A stretch of DNA of 64,000 nt from positions 1,632,001-1,696,000 of the forward strand of contig CAWETU010000001.1 of assembly GCA_963812135.1 (NCBI GenBank). The letters run 5' to 3'. The notes below the pieces were generated by a model. It saw only the letters and a program-made list of their open reading frames with translations, was not told the DNA's origin and did no database searches. Of the stretch, positions 44,283 through 54,670 are shown one piece after another (positions within the stretch are counted from its first letter, which is position 1; each line of letters starts with the position of its first letter). Source of the stretch: Vulcanimicrobiota bacterium. Lineage in GTDB: Bacteria > Vulcanimicrobiota > Vulcanimicrobiia > Eremiobacterales > Eremiobacteraceae. The translations under genes were made by a program, and so were the position numbers.

Positions 44283-44892
44283 GATACGCCTCCCTGACCG
44301 AGCGAGCGAACGCGGCGAGTAGATCCGGATCCTTGCGGCCAGAGCGCTCGACCCCGCTGCGCACATCGACGCCGTCTGGCCGCAGCCTGCGGATCGCGTC
44401 GGCGACGTTGTCGGGCGTGAGTCCGCCCGCGAGGATGAACGGCGCAGGGCTGCCGTCGCGGATGCGCTTGGCGATCGAAGCATCGACCATGCGACCTGTG
44501 CCGCCATAGGCTACGCGGCTGCGCGCATCTGCGATCACGCCGATCGCGTGAGCGCGTTGCACCTCGTCGGGCGCCGGTGGGCGCTCCCGCGCAGTCAACA
44601 AGGTCGGCACGCCGAACGAACCGCAGAACTCGGGCGTCTCATCACCCGCGAATTGCAGCACGTCGAGCCGGCAGCGCCGCAGCGCAAGCTCGACCAATTC
44701 GCGCGGCGAGTTCGCGAAGACGCCGACGCACGCCACATCGTCCGGCGCGGCCGCGGTGAGCGGTGCCGCGTCGTCGGGTGCCAACCGTCGGGGGCTGTCG
44801 GCGAAGATGAACCCGATCGCGTCCGCCCCGGCGCGAGCGCACAGGTCAACGTCGAGGGCGCTGGTGAGCCCGCAGATCTTGAGCGTGATCAT
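44269..44892 (-). CDS. trpF: Phosphoribosylanthranilate isomerase
   Basis: [19 protein letters not shown] and GVDVRSGVE. Confidence 0.95.
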   Translation of the reverse strand: MITLKICGLTSALDVDLCARAGADAIGFIFADSPRRLAPDDAAPLTAAAPDDVACVGVFANSPRELVELALRRCRLDVLQFAGDETPEFCGSFGVPTLLTARERPPAPDEVQRAHAIGVIADARSRVAYGGTGRMVDASIAKRIRDGSPAPFILAGGLTPDNVADAIRRLRPDGVDVRSGVERSGRKDPDLLAAFARSVREAYRVQA

Positions 44893-45668
44893 GCGGGCAC
44901 GCCTCGCAATGCGGCGACGGCCGCGACTGGGTCGGTCGCGCGCATCAGCGATTCACCGATCAGCACGGCGGCGATGCCGTTTCGGGCGCATTCGCCGATA
45001 TCCGAGGCCTTCGAGTAACCGCTTTCGGCGATGACCAGACACTCGGGCGGGAGCATGCGCCGCAAGCGCAACGCGGTCGAGCGGTCGACCGTCAACGTGC
45101 GCAGATCGCGGTTGTTGATGCCGACGACCGTCGCGCCGCAGCGCAACGCGCGCCGGATCTCGCTCTCATCGTGCACCTCGACCACCGCGCACATGCCGAG
45201 CGATTCGGCGAGCCCTCGGAAGGTGTCCAGCTCTTCCGTGGTCAGCAGAGCGACGATGAGCAGGACGGCGTCCGCGCCGGCTTCAGCGGATTCCCAGATC
45301 TGATATTCGTCGACGATGAAGTCTTTGCGCAGCACCGGCAACCCGCACGCGTTGCGCGCCATCACCAGATCATCGAGCCCGCCGCGGAAAAATCGCGGCT
45401 CGGTGAGTATCGAAAGTGCCGCTGCTCCGCCGTCCTGGTAGGCGCGGGCGGTCGCAGCAAGATCGCGATCGCCGAGGTCGCCTGCCGATGGCGAGCAACG
45501 CTTGAACTCCGCGATGATCGACGGCGACCCGGAGCGCAGCGCGCGCGCGAAGTTGCGAGCCGCAGGCCGCCGCGCCGCAGGGTCGTGCAGCATCTCGATC
45601 GGGAGGCACGCCTTGCGCCGGCGAACGTCGCGCAGCCGGCTCGCGACGATGGCGTCCAGTTGGTTCAT
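44889..45668 (-). CDS. trpC: Indole-3-glycerol phosphate synthase
   Basis: IAEFKRCSPSAG, LRKDF, GINNRDL and IAESG; start at ATG 45668. Confidence 0.95.
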   Translation of the reverse strand: MNQLDAIVASRLRDVRRRKACLPIEMLHDPAARRPAARNFARALRSGSPSIIAEFKRCSPSAGDLGDRDLAATARAYQDGGAAALSILTEPRFFRGGLDDLVMARNACGLPVLRKDFIVDEYQIWESAEAGADAVLLIVALLTTEELDTFRGLAESLGMCAVVEVHDESEIRRALRCGATVVGINNRDLRTLTVDRSTALRLRRMLPPECLVIAESGYSKASDIGECARNGIAAVLIGESLMRATDPVAAVAALRGVPA

Positions 45669-46705
45669 CGGTTGGTCTCCCGTATAAGGATGTCGAGCTT
45701 TTCGAGCGCTGCGCCCTCGTCGATCGCGCGCCGCGCGAGGGTGGCAGCGTCCAAGATGCTCTGCGCGCGTCCTGCGATATACAATGCGAGCGCGGCGTTG
45801 AGCACGACCACGTCGCGATGCGCCCCCGGCGCGCCGCACAGCACGCGGCGCACGATGGCTGCGTTATCCGCAGCATCGCCGCCGAGCAGCGCCGAGGTCG
45901 GCCCTCGGTCGAGATCGGCATCTTCGGGCGCGATCTCGTACTCGAGAACCCGGCCGTCGCAGACCTCGAGAACGTGGGTAGGGCCCACTAGCGTCGCTTC
46001 GTCCAGGCCGTCGCACCCGCGCAACACCGCCGCGCGCTCCGCGCCAAGCCGGTACAGCGCCTCCGCGACGGCGCGATGCGCGCCAGCATGCGCCACGCCG
46101 ACGATCTGGCGGGGGACGCCAGCCGGGTTCGTCAGCGGGCCGAGCACGTTGAACAGCGTTCTGATGCCGATCTGCCGGCGCACCGGCGCGACGTGGCGCA
46201 TCGCCGGGTGGTGTGCCTGCGCGAAGATGAAGGTGATGCCGTGTTCGTCGAGGATCTCACCGCACCGGCCGGGCGTCACGTCGATCCGCACCCCGCACGC
46301 TTCGAGCACGTCGGCACTGCCGCAGCGGCTGCTCATCGCCCGGTTGCCGTGCTTGGCCACGGGCACCCCTGCGCCCGCGACGACGAACGCGACCGCGGTC
46401 GAGATGTTGAACGTGCCGGACGCGTCGCCGCCAGTGCCGCAGACGTCGATCGTGTCGCGACGGTATGTGCGCACCGGGACCGCGTGCGCGCGCATCGCCA
46501 TGGCGGCGCCCGCGATTTCCGCCGCCGTCTCGCCCTTGAGCGCGAGCGCGACGAGCAACGCCGCGATCTGCGCGGCGCTGACGTCGCCGCTCATGATCGC
46601 GTTCATGGCGTCGTGCATGGCGTCGGCACCCAGATCGACGCGTGCCGCCGCCGAGCGGATGTGATCGCCGAGCGAACGCGATGACCCGACGTGCAACGCG
46701 CTCAT
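45665..46705 (-). CDS. trpD: Anthranilate phosphoribosyltransferase
   Basis: DVCGTGGD, NIST, KHGNRAMSS and FNVLGPLTNP. Confidence 0.96.
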   Translation of the reverse strand: MSALHVGSSRSLGDHIRSAAARVDLGADAMHDAMNAIMSGDVSAAQIAALLVALALKGETAAEIAGAAMAMRAHAVPVRTYRRDTIDVCGTGGDASGTFNISTAVAFVVAGAGVPVAKHGNRAMSSRCGSADVLEACGVRIDVTPGRCGEILDEHGITFIFAQAHHPAMRHVAPVRRQIGIRTLFNVLGPLTNPAGVPRQIVGVAHAGAHRAVAEALYRLGAERAAVLRGCDGLDEATLVGPTHVLEVCDGRVLEYEIAPEDADLDRGPTSALLGGDAADNAAIVRRVLCGAPGAHRDVVVLNAALALYIAGRAQSILDAATLARRAIDEGAALEKLDILIRETNR

Positions 46706-47298
46706 GACGCGAGCCCCGCGATGGCGAGGAAGTTCTCCAGGATCCGCGGACCATGTTTGGTCAAGATCGATTCGGGGTGGAACTGCAGGCCGAACACCGG
46801 CCGGTTGCGATCCGCGATCGCCATCAGCGCGCCGTCGTCTCCGGCTGCGATCTGCACGAGGTCGTCCGGCAGACCTGCGTCGACGTGAAGCGAGTGGTAC
46901 CGGCCGGCCGCGAAGCGTTTGGGCACGCCGGCGAAGAGCCTATGATCCGCATGCTCGACCATCGTCGCCCGTCCATGCACGACGGCGCCGCGGCTGACGC
47001 TGCCGCCGTAGGCGAGCCCGATCGCCTGATGGCCCAAGCAAACGCCCAAGATGGGGCACCGTCCGCGCAGCGCCTTGATCAGTTCAATGCTGCGGCCGGC
47101 TAGCTGCGGACTCCCCGGGCCAGGCGAAAGCACCAGCGCGGCCGGCGGCGTGGTGAACAGCTCGTCCAGCGCGGGCGCGTCATTGCGCATTACGCGCAAA
47201 TCGATTCTGTGTCGGCCGATCTCGTCCGCGAGGTTGTACGTGAAGGAGTCGTAGTTGTCGATGATCACGGTTTCGCGTTTCTTACGGGGCGCTTTCAT
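46702..47298 (-). CDS. trpG: Anthranilate synthase component II (glutamine amidotransferase)
   Basis: IDNYDSFTYNL, SPGPG, GVCLGHQ, RYHSL and QFHPES; start at ATG 47298. Confidence 0.95.
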   Translation of the reverse strand: MKAPRKKRETVIIDNYDSFTYNLADEIGRHRIDLRVMRNDAPALDELFTTPPAALVLSPGPGSPQLAGRSIELIKALRGRCPILGVCLGHQAIGLAYGGSVSRGAVVHGRATMVEHADHRLFAGVPKRFAAGRYHSLHVDAGLPDDLVQIAAGDDGALMAIADRNRPVFGLQFHPESILTKHGPRILENFLAIAGLAS

Positions 47299-48728
47299 GC
47301 CACGCTCCTTCTCGCGGTGCGCGTTCGCGCTGCCATGGCGATCGCGGCGAAGACCGCATCCGCCTTCGCGCGGCACTCGGCGTCTTCTCGCGACGGTACG
47401 GATGCGGAGACGATTCCAGCGCCGGCCGCGCAATGATAGATCCCATCGTAGGCGTGCGCGCTGCGCAGTGTGATGCACGAATCAAGCGATCCGTCGAAGC
47501 CAAGCCGGCACACGGCCCCGGCGTAGAAACCCCGCCGGCGCCCCTCGAGCTCCGCGATCAGCTCCATCGCGCGTATCTTGGGAGCGCCGCTGACCGTGCC
47601 GGCGGGAAACGCCGCCGCAAATGCGTCCAGCCCGTCGCAGCCAGGGCGCAAACGACCTGATACCTCGGAGACGAGATGCATGACATGACTGAAGCGCTCG
47701 ACCGACAGCAGTTCGTCCACATGGACGCTGCCGGGCATGCTGACGCGCGCGAGGTCGTTGCGGGCGAGGTCCACGAGCATGATGTGTTCGGCGCGCTCCT
47801 TCGGATCGCGACGCAGTTGGCGCGCGCGGCGGGCGTCTGCGATGGGGTCGTGCGCACGGGTGCGCGTTCCCGCAAGTGGCCGGATGCGCGCCTGACCCCC
47901 AGCGCACGCGACGAGCATCTCAGGCGACGACCCGAACAGCTGGCCCCAGCCGAGGTCCAAGAAGAACATATACGGCGAAGGATTCACGGCGCGCAGCGCA
48001 CGGTATGCGTCGAATGCCAGCGTCGTCAAGGGCGCCTCCCAGCGCTGCGCGAGGACGATCTGGAACGCCTCGCCCGCCTCGATCGCCTCCTTCGCCTGGG
48101 CGACCGCCGTTTGATACGGGAGCGGGCCGGCGACGGGCATGGGCTCTATCGGTTGGCTGCCCCGAACCAGCGGCGCGATACGCGCTTCGTCGAGGACGTC
48201 GACCACGCGTCGCGCGACGCCCGCGCCGTCGTGAGTCGAAAACGCGTGCACGTCGAGCTCGTGCGACAAGTGGTCGAAGACCACCAGAACCTCGGGCACG
48301 ACTAGATGCAGGTCAGGCATCGGATCGCTGCCGCGCGGCAATGTCGGGAGACGCTCGAAGCGGCCGGCGAATTCGTAGGCAGCGGCCCCATACGCTCCGA
48401 GGAATTCGGAGGTCGCGTGCGCGGGAGCAAGCCGCGCCAGCAGCCGGCGCGCGGCGCCGAGGGGATCGGACGCGTCGCCGGCGAGCGCCACGTGCTCGCC
48501 GTCGATCTGAAGGCGCACGCCCTGATCGTCGACGATCAGCTCCCCGCGGGCGCCGAGGCCGATGATCGAATGGCGCGCCGCCTGGCCAGCGCCGGGCGCG
48601 CTTTCGAACAGGAACGAGTGCCCCATGCGCAAGCCGCGCAGGGCGGCAAACGCGGCGATGGGGGTAACGCCATCCGCGAGGAGGCGCTCGGTCACAACTG
48701 GGTTCGATGACATCGTTGGTACGCTCAT
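47295..48728 (-). CDS. trpE: Anthranilate synthase component I
   Basis: LFES, NPSPYM, GSSPE, LAGT, EHIMLVDLARND and PAGTVSGAPK; GGAG RBS before ATG 48728. Confidence 0.96.
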   Translation of the reverse strand: MSVPTMSSNPVVTERLLADGVTPIAAFAALRGLRMGHSFLFESAPGAGQAARHSIIGLGARGELIVDDQGVRLQIDGEHVALAGDASDPLGAARRLLARLAPAHATSEFLGAYGAAAYEFAGRFERLPTLPRGSDPMPDLHLVVPEVLVVFDHLSHELDVHAFSTHDGAGVARRVVDVLDEARIAPLVRGSQPIEPMPVAGPLPYQTAVAQAKEAIEAGEAFQIVLAQRWEAPLTTLAFDAYRALRAVNPSPYMFFLDLGWGQLFGSSPEMLVACAGGQARIRPLAGTRTRAHDPIADARRARQLRRDPKERAEHIMLVDLARNDLARVSMPGSVHVDELLSVERFSHVMHLVSEVSGRLRPGCDGLDAFAAAFPAGTVSGAPKIRAMELIAELEGRRRGFYAGAVCRLGFDGSLDSCITLRSAHAYDGIYHCAAGAGIVSASVPSREDAECRAKADAVFAAIAMAARTRTARRSVA

Positions 48729-48738
48729 GGGCTTCTCC

Positions 48739-48778
48739 AAAAACAAAAACGGCCGGCTCTTCATATGAGCCCGCCGTT
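48739..48778 (-). terminator. trp attenuator terminator
   Basis: AACGGCGGGCTC-ATATGAA-GAGCCGGCCGTT followed by TTTGTTTTT, just upstream of the trpE RBS. Confidence 0.85.
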
Positions 48779-48804
48779 GCGGTTTCGAAAATCCGGCGCT
48801 TAGA

Positions 48805-48903
48805 TCAGATCAGCGTGCGGACATGACGAACCTGGCGGGCTTGAGCCCACCACCACCAGACGTTCACCGCTTTGCGCGCGCAAAGGAGATTCGTCAGTCG
48901 CAT
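48805..48903 (-). CDS. trpL: trp operon leader peptide (32 aa, four consecutive Trp)
   Basis: MRLTNLLCARKAVNVWWWWAQARQVRHVRTLI*; TGG x4 at 48858-48847. Too short for the ORF track. Confidence 0.85.
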   Translation of the reverse strand: MRLTNLLCARKAVNVWWWWAQARQVRHVRTLI

Positions 48904-48958
48904 CAGGTCCGCGCCGTTCCCGTCTGCGCCGACGGTCTCCTGCCCGGCGTTTTCGTAT

Positions 48959-49543
48959 TCATTCCGTTTTCAGAGGGGGGCGCTCGGGCAGCGGCATTCT
49001 CCGGATGCCTGGAGGGTAGAGGCTCGGGTGCTCCCGCATCCAGTCCTCCGAGAGCACGGCAAGATATTCATAGTTCTCCCAGATCGCGGCCTGGCCAGTA
49101 GCACTACGCGCATCGACGAGCGACTTCACCATGAGCTTCCAATAGCGCGAGATGACCCACGAATACCGGTCGAGGAAGATGTCTTTGTCGACGATGCCCT
49201 GCTTGACGAGTATGCCCAGCTCTTCGTATGCGTTCCCTATCACGTTCATCGCCTCGCGTACCGCTTCGTATTCAGGGATAGGATCCTGCTGCTGGTTGCG
49301 ATCCATTCGAGCGTTGTAGGCGCGGTACTCCGGATCGTCTTCAACCAAGGGAAGTTTGTGTTGGACGACGGCGATAGCATCAGTGAACGCTTTGCTGCTG
49401 AGCTCCTCGCCGATGGCCAGCATGGCGTTGATCTGATTGCCCGCTCGCAAGTGCCGCAGCTGCGCCAGCGCTGCGATCGCAGTCGCAGCGATGATGCACA
49501 CCGTGAGGAGCGAGGCAAGCGCGTTGAGCAGCTCGAGCGACAT
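48959..49543 (-). CDS. DUF4760-like membrane-anchored protein
   Basis: N-terminal TM (AATAIAALAQLRH), then NAYEELGILVKQGIVD and WENYEYLA. Confidence 0.7.
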   Translation of the reverse strand: MSLELLNALASLLTVCIIAATAIAALAQLRHLRAGNQINAMLAIGEELSSKAFTDAIAVVQHKLPLVEDDPEYRAYNARMDRNQQQDPIPEYEAVREAMNVIGNAYEELGILVKQGIVDKDIFLDRYSWVISRYWKLMVKSLVDARSATGQAAIWENYEYLAVLSEDWMREHPSLYPPGIRRMPLPERPPLKTE

Positions 49544-49581
49544 CCGTACCTCTGCTGACGAACGCGCGGGAGCTTAGAGCG

Positions 49582-50508
49582 TCAACGCACCGCGAGACCG
49601 GTCGAGCAGCCAGCACCAGCAGGAAGCGGCAGCGTATACGCCGGCGCTGATGTCGCGCTGAAGGTCGCCGTGGCGAAGACCTTGATCGACGAGGAACAAT
49701 CCGACACGTAGAGATTACCTGACGAGTCGAGCGCCATATAATATGGTGCATTGAGCGTCGTATTCGCCTTCAGATCAGTGATCGCCGGCGTCGCGCCGTC
49801 GTTGATGGGCGCGTTGTAGCGATAGAGGTTGCCGGTGGTGAAGTCGCCGACATACAGATTCCCAGCTGGGTCGAGAAGCATCGCTATCGGCTCGCTGAGG
49901 ACCGAAAGATTCGCATTGATCGACGTGGGCGGCGCATTGAGGCGGACGACGTGATCGTTGGCGGTCACGTACAGGTTGCCCGCACCATCGGAAATGTCGT
50001 TCCACGGTGATGCGACGGCGATGTTCGCAAAGGTCGCGGGCGAGATCGTGCCGCTGAACGGTCCGTGGTAACCGAGCAGCCGCCCGTTGCCCTCATCGCC
50101 GACCCACAGGTTGCCGGTCGGATCGAAAGCAAAACTGAAGGCGTTTGCCGTGTTGGTCGGGGCCGTCGCGGTTAAGGTTACATTCGAAACCGGTACGCTT
50201 GCCGCGGTGAGGGGTAGCGTGTAGCCGTGCAGCACCGACGGACTGGTATCCTGGTCCACCCAGAACGTACCGCTCGCATCGAACGCCGCGTCATAGAGCG
50301 GGGTGAATCCGGTCGTCACGGTCACAGTCGGCACTGCCGCGGCGCTCGCGGGCAACGAGTAGACGAATATCTTCTTCGTGGTCAGGTCGACGGCATACAG
50401 GTTTTGGGGCGCCGGTGGCGGCGGCGGTGCCGTGCTGCTGTTGCTGCAAGCGTCCAACGACACGGCGACAAAAAGGCTCAGGACAACGGCAAAGTGATTT
50501 AACCGCAT
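49582..50508 (-). CDS. NHL-repeat (beta-propeller) lipoprotein
   Basis: Lipobox-like LDAC; repeated FD.SGNL(W/Y)V.D blades; GGAGG RBS. Confidence 0.85.
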   Translation of the reverse strand: MRLNHFAVVLSLFVAVSLDACSNSSTAPPPPPAPQNLYAVDLTTKKIFVYSLPASAAAVPTVTVTTGFTPLYDAAFDASGTFWVDQDTSPSVLHGYTLPLTAASVPVSNVTLTATAPTNTANAFSFAFDPTGNLWVGDEGNGRLLGYHGPFSGTISPATFANIAVASPWNDISDGAGNLYVTANDHVVRLNAPPTSINANLSVLSEPIAMLLDPAGNLYVGDFTTGNLYRYNAPINDGATPAITDLKANTTLNAPYYMALDSSGNLYVSDCSSSIKVFATATFSATSAPAYTLPLPAGAGCSTGLAVR

Positions 50509-50587
50509 GAAATCCTCCGAGCTTCAGTGAGCTATCGGGGCGCAGTTCGCGCGCGCCGGGAGGCCGCCCTTTTCGGCGGATGGACCT

Positions 50588-50944
50588 CTACGAGGTGAGC
50601 AGTTCGAGTTGCGCCAGTTCCGCCGCGTCGCCCTTGCGGATGCGGGTACGCACGATGCGCGTATAGCCCCCGTGGCGGCTCGCGAGGCTTGGCGCGATCA
50701 CGTCGACCAGCTTCTTGGCGACGTCCTCGGACGTCAGATACGCGGCGACCGCTCGGCGGCTCGACAAGTCCGCCTTCTTGGCGCGCGTGATCAGCCTTGC
50801 CGCGACTCGCGACGTCTCCTTGGCGCGCACCACCGTCGTCTCGATCTTGCCGTGCGTGAACAGCGAGGTCACGAGATTGCGCAGCATCGAGCGGCGGTGG
50901 TCGTCGTTGCGTCCGAGACGCTTGTCTGCTTTCTTGTGGCGCAT
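50588..50944 (-). CDS. rplQ: 50S ribosomal protein L17
   Basis: MRHKK..KRLGR...RNLVTSLF...GGYTRI. Confidence 0.97.
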   Translation of the reverse strand: MRHKKADKRLGRNDDHRRSMLRNLVTSLFTHGKIETTVVRAKETSRVAARLITRAKKADLSSRRAVAAYLTSEDVAKKLVDVIAPSLASRHGGYTRIVRTRIRKGDAAELAQLELLTS

Positions 50945-50955
50945 GATGTCAGCGG

Positions 50956-51891
50956 TTATCCTTGCTTGAGCGACAGGTTGCGCTCGGCGAGCTTCTCTTT
51001 GATCTCGTCGACCGACTTCTTGCCCAAGTTGCGCATGTTCATGATCTCGTCTTCGGTGCGCTGCAGCAGCTCGGATATCTTGCTGATGCCGGCGCGCTTC
51101 AGACAGTTGTACGAGCGCACGGAAAGGTCGAGTTCGTCGACCGGGATATCCCAATCGGAGAACGGCGTCGCCTCTTCGACCGGCGCTTCGGTCTCTGGCC
51201 GGCCGCTGAAGTTCACGAACAGCGCGAGCTGGTCGGACAGGACCTTGGCCGCTGTGGAGAGCGCCTCGTCGGGCGTGATGCTGCCATTGGTCTCGATCTC
51301 CATGATGAGCCGGTCGTAATCGGTCACCTGGCCGACGCGCGTGTCCTCGACCGAGTAGTTGACCTTGCGGATCGGCGTGAAGATCGAATCCACCGGGATC
51401 AGGCCGATGACGTGTTCGACGTTGCGCTGCTTGTCTGCGGTGACGTAGCCGCGCCACTTCTCGATGCCGATCTCCATGAACAGCCGCGCCTTTTTGTCGG
51501 ACAGCGTGGCGATATGGTAGCTCGGATCGAGCAGCTCGACGTCTGCGTCCGGCACGATGTCGGCCGCTGTCACTTCGCGCTCGCCAGAGGCCTCGATGCG
51601 CAGCACCTTCGGCTCGTCGGTCGCCATCTTCAGCGGCAGGCCTTTCAGGTTGAGGATGATGTGGGTCGTGTCCTCGACCACGCCTGGGATCGTCGAGAAC
51701 TCGTGCAGCACGCCGTCGATCTTGACGTAGGTGACGGCTGCGCCGGGCAGCGACGACAACAGCAGCCGGCGCAACGCATTGCCCAGCGTGATGCCGAAGC
51801 CTCGCTCGAGCGGCTCGATCGCGAACTTGGCGTACGAATCGCCCCGCTCGCGGACTTCGATGGAGGCGCGTTGGAATTCAAGAACTGACAT
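50956..51891 (-). CDS. rpoA: RNA polymerase alpha subunit
   Basis: [29 protein letters not shown] and [11 protein letters not shown]; start at ATG 51891 behind AGGGGAG. Confidence 0.98.
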   Translation of the reverse strand: MSVLEFQRASIEVRERGDSYAKFAIEPLERGFGITLGNALRRLLLSSLPGAAVTYVKIDGVLHEFSTIPGVVEDTTHIILNLKGLPLKMATDEPKVLRIEASGEREVTAADIVPDADVELLDPSYHIATLSDKKARLFMEIGIEKWRGYVTADKQRNVEHVIGLIPVDSIFTPIRKVNYSVEDTRVGQVTDYDRLIMEIETNGSITPDEALSTAAKVLSDQLALFVNFSGRPETEAPVEEATPFSDWDIPVDELDLSVRSYNCLKRAGISKISELLQRTEDEIMNMRNLGKKSVDEIKEKLAERNLSLKQG

Positions 51892-51928
51892 GGCTCCCCT
51901 TATGTTCGGTATGGTCGGTTTCAGGTCG

Positions 51929-52588
51929 TTATCGCGAGTAGTATTCAACAATTAATTGCTCTTCCACATTGGTGTCGATGTCGGCGCGCGTCGGGCGTGC
52001 CAGCACCTTAGCTTTGACGTTCAGCTCGTCGTACTCGAGCCAGGTCGGCACGCGCCGGCCTTTGGCGTACTGCTCGAGCGCCTGGAACAGATTGGACTTG
52101 CGGCTGGCCTCGACCACTGCGATCTCGTCGCCCGGGCGCACTTGCATCGACGGGATGTTGACGCGATGGCCGTTGAGCGTGAAGTGGCGATGGCGCACGA
52201 GCTGGCGCGCCTGGGCGCGCGAGCTGGCGATATTGAGCCGGTAGATCACGTTGTCGAGCCGCGTCTCAAGCTGTATCAGAAGCGCGGCGCCGGTCTGGCC
52301 CTTGCTTGCGCTCGCCTTCTTGAAGTAGTTCTCGAACTGCCGCTCGAGCACGCCATAAATGCGCCGCATTTTCTGTTTCTCGCGCAACTGGCGGCCGAAC
52401 TCGGACACCTTGGGGCGGTTCTTGGTCTGCGCTTTTTGCCCGGGTGCCGCGGTGCGGCGCTCGACGGCGCACTTCTTGGACAGGCAACGCTCGCCTTTCA
52501 AGAAGAGCTTGACCTTCTCGCCCGGTTTGGTGCCGCTGGCGCTTTCGCGCCGGCACAACCGGCAGACCGGTCCTGTGTATCGAGCCAT
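51929..52588 (-). CDS. rpsD: 30S ribosomal protein S4
   Basis: MARYTGP.CR.CRRE, QLREKQK, RLDN and IVEYYSR. Confidence 0.98.
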   Translation of the reverse strand: MARYTGPVCRLCRRESASGTKPGEKVKLFLKGERCLSKKCAVERRTAAPGQKAQTKNRPKVSEFGRQLREKQKMRRIYGVLERQFENYFKKASASKGQTGAALLIQLETRLDNVIYRLNIASSRAQARQLVRHRHFTLNGHRVNIPSMQVRPGDEIAVVEASRKSNLFQALEQYAKGRRVPTWLEYDELNVKAKVLARPTRADIDTNVEEQLIVEYYSR

Positions 52589-52653
52589 ATATCTTCTACA
52601 TTCCTCTTTCGGTCCCCGCCCTCAGGAGGGCAGGACCACATCGTTGTTGCGAG

Positions 52654-53052
52654 TTATACACGGCGCCGTTTTGGCGGGCGGCAACCGTTGTGCGGGATCG
52701 GCGTGACGTCTTTGATGAGCACGATCTCAAGCCCAGCGGCCTGCAGGGCGCGGATCGCGGCTTCGCGGCCGGCGCCCGGCCCCTTGACGTGGACCTCGAC
52801 CTGCTTCATGCCATGCTCCATCGACTTGCGCGCCGCGCTCTCGGCCGCGAGCTGCGCGGCGAACGGCGTCGATTTCTTGCTGCCCGCGAAGCCCATGCCG
52901 CCCGCGCTGGCCCAGGCGAGCGCGCCGCCCTGCAGGTCGGTGATGGTGACGAGCGTGTTGTTGAAGCTCGCGTGGATGCGTGCGATGCCCTGGGAGACGT
53001 TTTTGATCTCCCGCTTCTTGGTGCGGCGCGCGCGTTTTTTCGGTTCTGCCAT
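52654..53052 (-). CDS. rpsK: 30S ribosomal protein S11
   Basis: [14 protein letters not shown] and [18 protein letters not shown]. Confidence 0.98.
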   Translation of the reverse strand: MAEPKKRARRTKKREIKNVSQGIARIHASFNNTLVTITDLQGGALAWASAGGMGFAGSKKSTPFAAQLAAESAARKSMEHGMKQVEVHVKGPGAGREAAIRALQAAGLEIVLIKDVTPIPHNGCRPPKRRRV

Positions 53053-53445
53053 TTACTTGCCGACCCCCGGTCCCTTCGTCTTCTTCTTGCCGGCCACGGT
53101 CTTACGCGGCCCCTTGCGATTGCGCGCATTCGTGCGCGTGCGTTGGCCGCGCACCGGCAAGCCGCGCCGGTGGCGCACGCCGCGATACGAGCCGATGTCG
53201 ACCAAGCGCTTGATCGCGCTCGAGACCTCGCGCCGCAGATCGCCCTCGACCTTGAGGTTCTTCTCGATCTGCTCGCGCAGCTTCTGGATGTCGCCATCCG
53301 TCAGATTCTTGACGCGCGTGTCGGGATCGACGCCGGTCTGCCTCAACAGCTTCGTGGCGGTTGGCCGCCCGATGCCGAAGATGTAGGTCAACGCGATCTC
53401 AACGCGCTTCTCGCGCGGCAGATCGATTCCAGCAATACGTGCCAT
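53053..53445 (-). CDS. rpsM: 30S ribosomal protein S13
   Basis: [10 protein letters not shown] and [14 protein letters not shown]. Confidence 0.98.
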   Translation of the reverse strand: MARIAGIDLPREKRVEIALTYIFGIGRPTATKLLRQTGVDPDTRVKNLTDGDIQKLREQIEKNLKVEGDLRREVSSAIKRLVDIGSYRGVRHRRGLPVRGQRTRTNARNRKGPRKTVAGKKKTKGPGVGK

Positions 53446-53453
53446 CGTCTCTC

Positions 53454-53567
53454 CTACCCCTGAGCCTGTTTATGCTTGGGGTTCTCGCAGATCACCCGTG
53501 TGCGGCCCCGCCGCTTGATGATCTTGCACTTGTCGCATATCTTCTTGACGCTCGGTCTGACTTTCAT
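53454..53567 (-). CDS. rpmJ: 50S ribosomal protein L36 (zinc-binding form)
   Basis: Manual translation [37 protein letters not shown]. Too short for the ORF track. Confidence 0.97.
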   Translation of the reverse strand: MKVRPSVKKICDKCKIIKRRGRTRVICENPKHKQAQG

Positions 53568-53583
53568 AGTTCCTCTATATATT

Positions 53584-53874
53584 CTACTTGTACCGGTAGG
53601 TTATCCGCCCTTGGCTCAGATCGTATGGCGACAGCTCCACGAGCACCCGGTCCCCCGGCAGGATCCGGATGAAGTTCATCCTGATCTTTCCCGATACGCG
53701 GGCCAGCACTTTGTGGCCGTTGCTCAGCTCGACCCGGAAGAACGCATTGGGCAGCGGCTCGACCACCACGCCCTCGACCTCGATCGCCTCTTCCTTGGGC
53801 GATGGGTTGGCGTCGGGCTTGGGGGGCTTTTTCTTACCCGAGCGCCGCTGCATTGGGCGATTGCGTCGCGCCAA
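53584..53874 (-). CDS. infA: Translation initiation factor IF-1 with basic N-terminal extension
   Basis: KEEAIEVEG...LPNAFFRV...[31 protein letters not shown] before the TTG at 53874. Confidence 0.96.
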   Translation of the reverse strand: MARRNRPMQRRSGKKKPPKPDANPSPKEEAIEVEGVVVEPLPNAFFRVELSNGHKVLARVSGKIRMNFIRILPGDRVLVELSPYDLSQGRITYRYK

Positions 53875-54670
53875 ACGTGCCTCCGTTCATGACCCGGCGT
53901 TCGAGCGTGGCCGCTTCGGCCTCGTCGACCACCGTCAGGATCTCAAAACCTTTGGGCTGCACCGCGACCGTGTGCTCGAAGTGCGCGGACAGCTTGCCAT
54001 CTTTGGTGACCACGGTCCAGTTGTCAGACAGCGTGCGCACGTCGAACGCGCCCTGGTTGACCATCGGCTCGATCGCCATCACCATGCCGGGCTTGAGGAT
54101 CGCGCCCATGCCCTTGCGCCCGAAGTTCGGCACCGGCGGATCTTCGTGCAGATGCGTGCCGACACCGTGGCCGACCAGCGCACGCACCACCGAATAGCCG
54201 TGGCTCTCGACGTGGCTTTGCACCGCGTTGCCGATGTCGGACACGTGCGCGCCCGGGCGCACCGCGGCGATGCCGATGAACAGCGACTCCTCGGTGACGT
54301 CCATGAGGTGCTGGGCGGCCTTTGACACCTGGCCGACCGGCAACGTGCACGCCATATCCGAGTACCAGCCGTCGACGATCGCGCCGATGTCGATCTTCAG
54401 CAGGTCGCCTTCGCGCAAGCGGCGCGTGCCGGGGATGCCGTGGACGACCTCGTCGTTGACCGACGCGCAGATCGATCCGGTAAAGCCATGGTAGCCCAAG
54501 AACGCAGGCACGCCACCACCTTCGCGGATCAGCCGGTCGGCAAGCGCATCGATCTCTTTGGTCGTCACGCCGGGTTTGACGGCGTTTTTGAGCTGCGCCA
54601 ACGCGCGCGAGGTCACCGCGCCGCTGATGCGCATCTTCGCGAGTTCAGCGCTGCTCTTGCACGCGATCAT
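53834..54670 (-). CDS. map: Methionine aminopeptidase type I
   Basis: [26 protein letters not shown] and SAHFEHT. Confidence 0.97.
   Translation of the reverse strand: MIACKSSAELAKMRISGAVTSRALAQLKNAVKPGVTTKEIDALADRLIREGGGVPAFLGYHGFTGSICASVNDEVVHGIPGTRRLREGDLLKIDIGAIVDGWYSDMACTLPVGQVSKAAQHLMDVTEESLFIGIAAVRPGAHVSDIGNAVQSHVESHGYSVVRALVGHGVGTHLHEDPPVPNFGRKGMGAILKPGMVMAIEPMVNQGAFDVRTLSDNWTVVTKDGKLSAHFEHTVAVQPKGFEILTVVDEAEAATLERRVMNGGTFGATQSPNAAALG

Noticed and set aside
48729..48958. T-box or TRAP control of the trp operon
   Set aside because: No T-box sequence or (G/U)AG repeat run; the Trp-codon leader explains the region.
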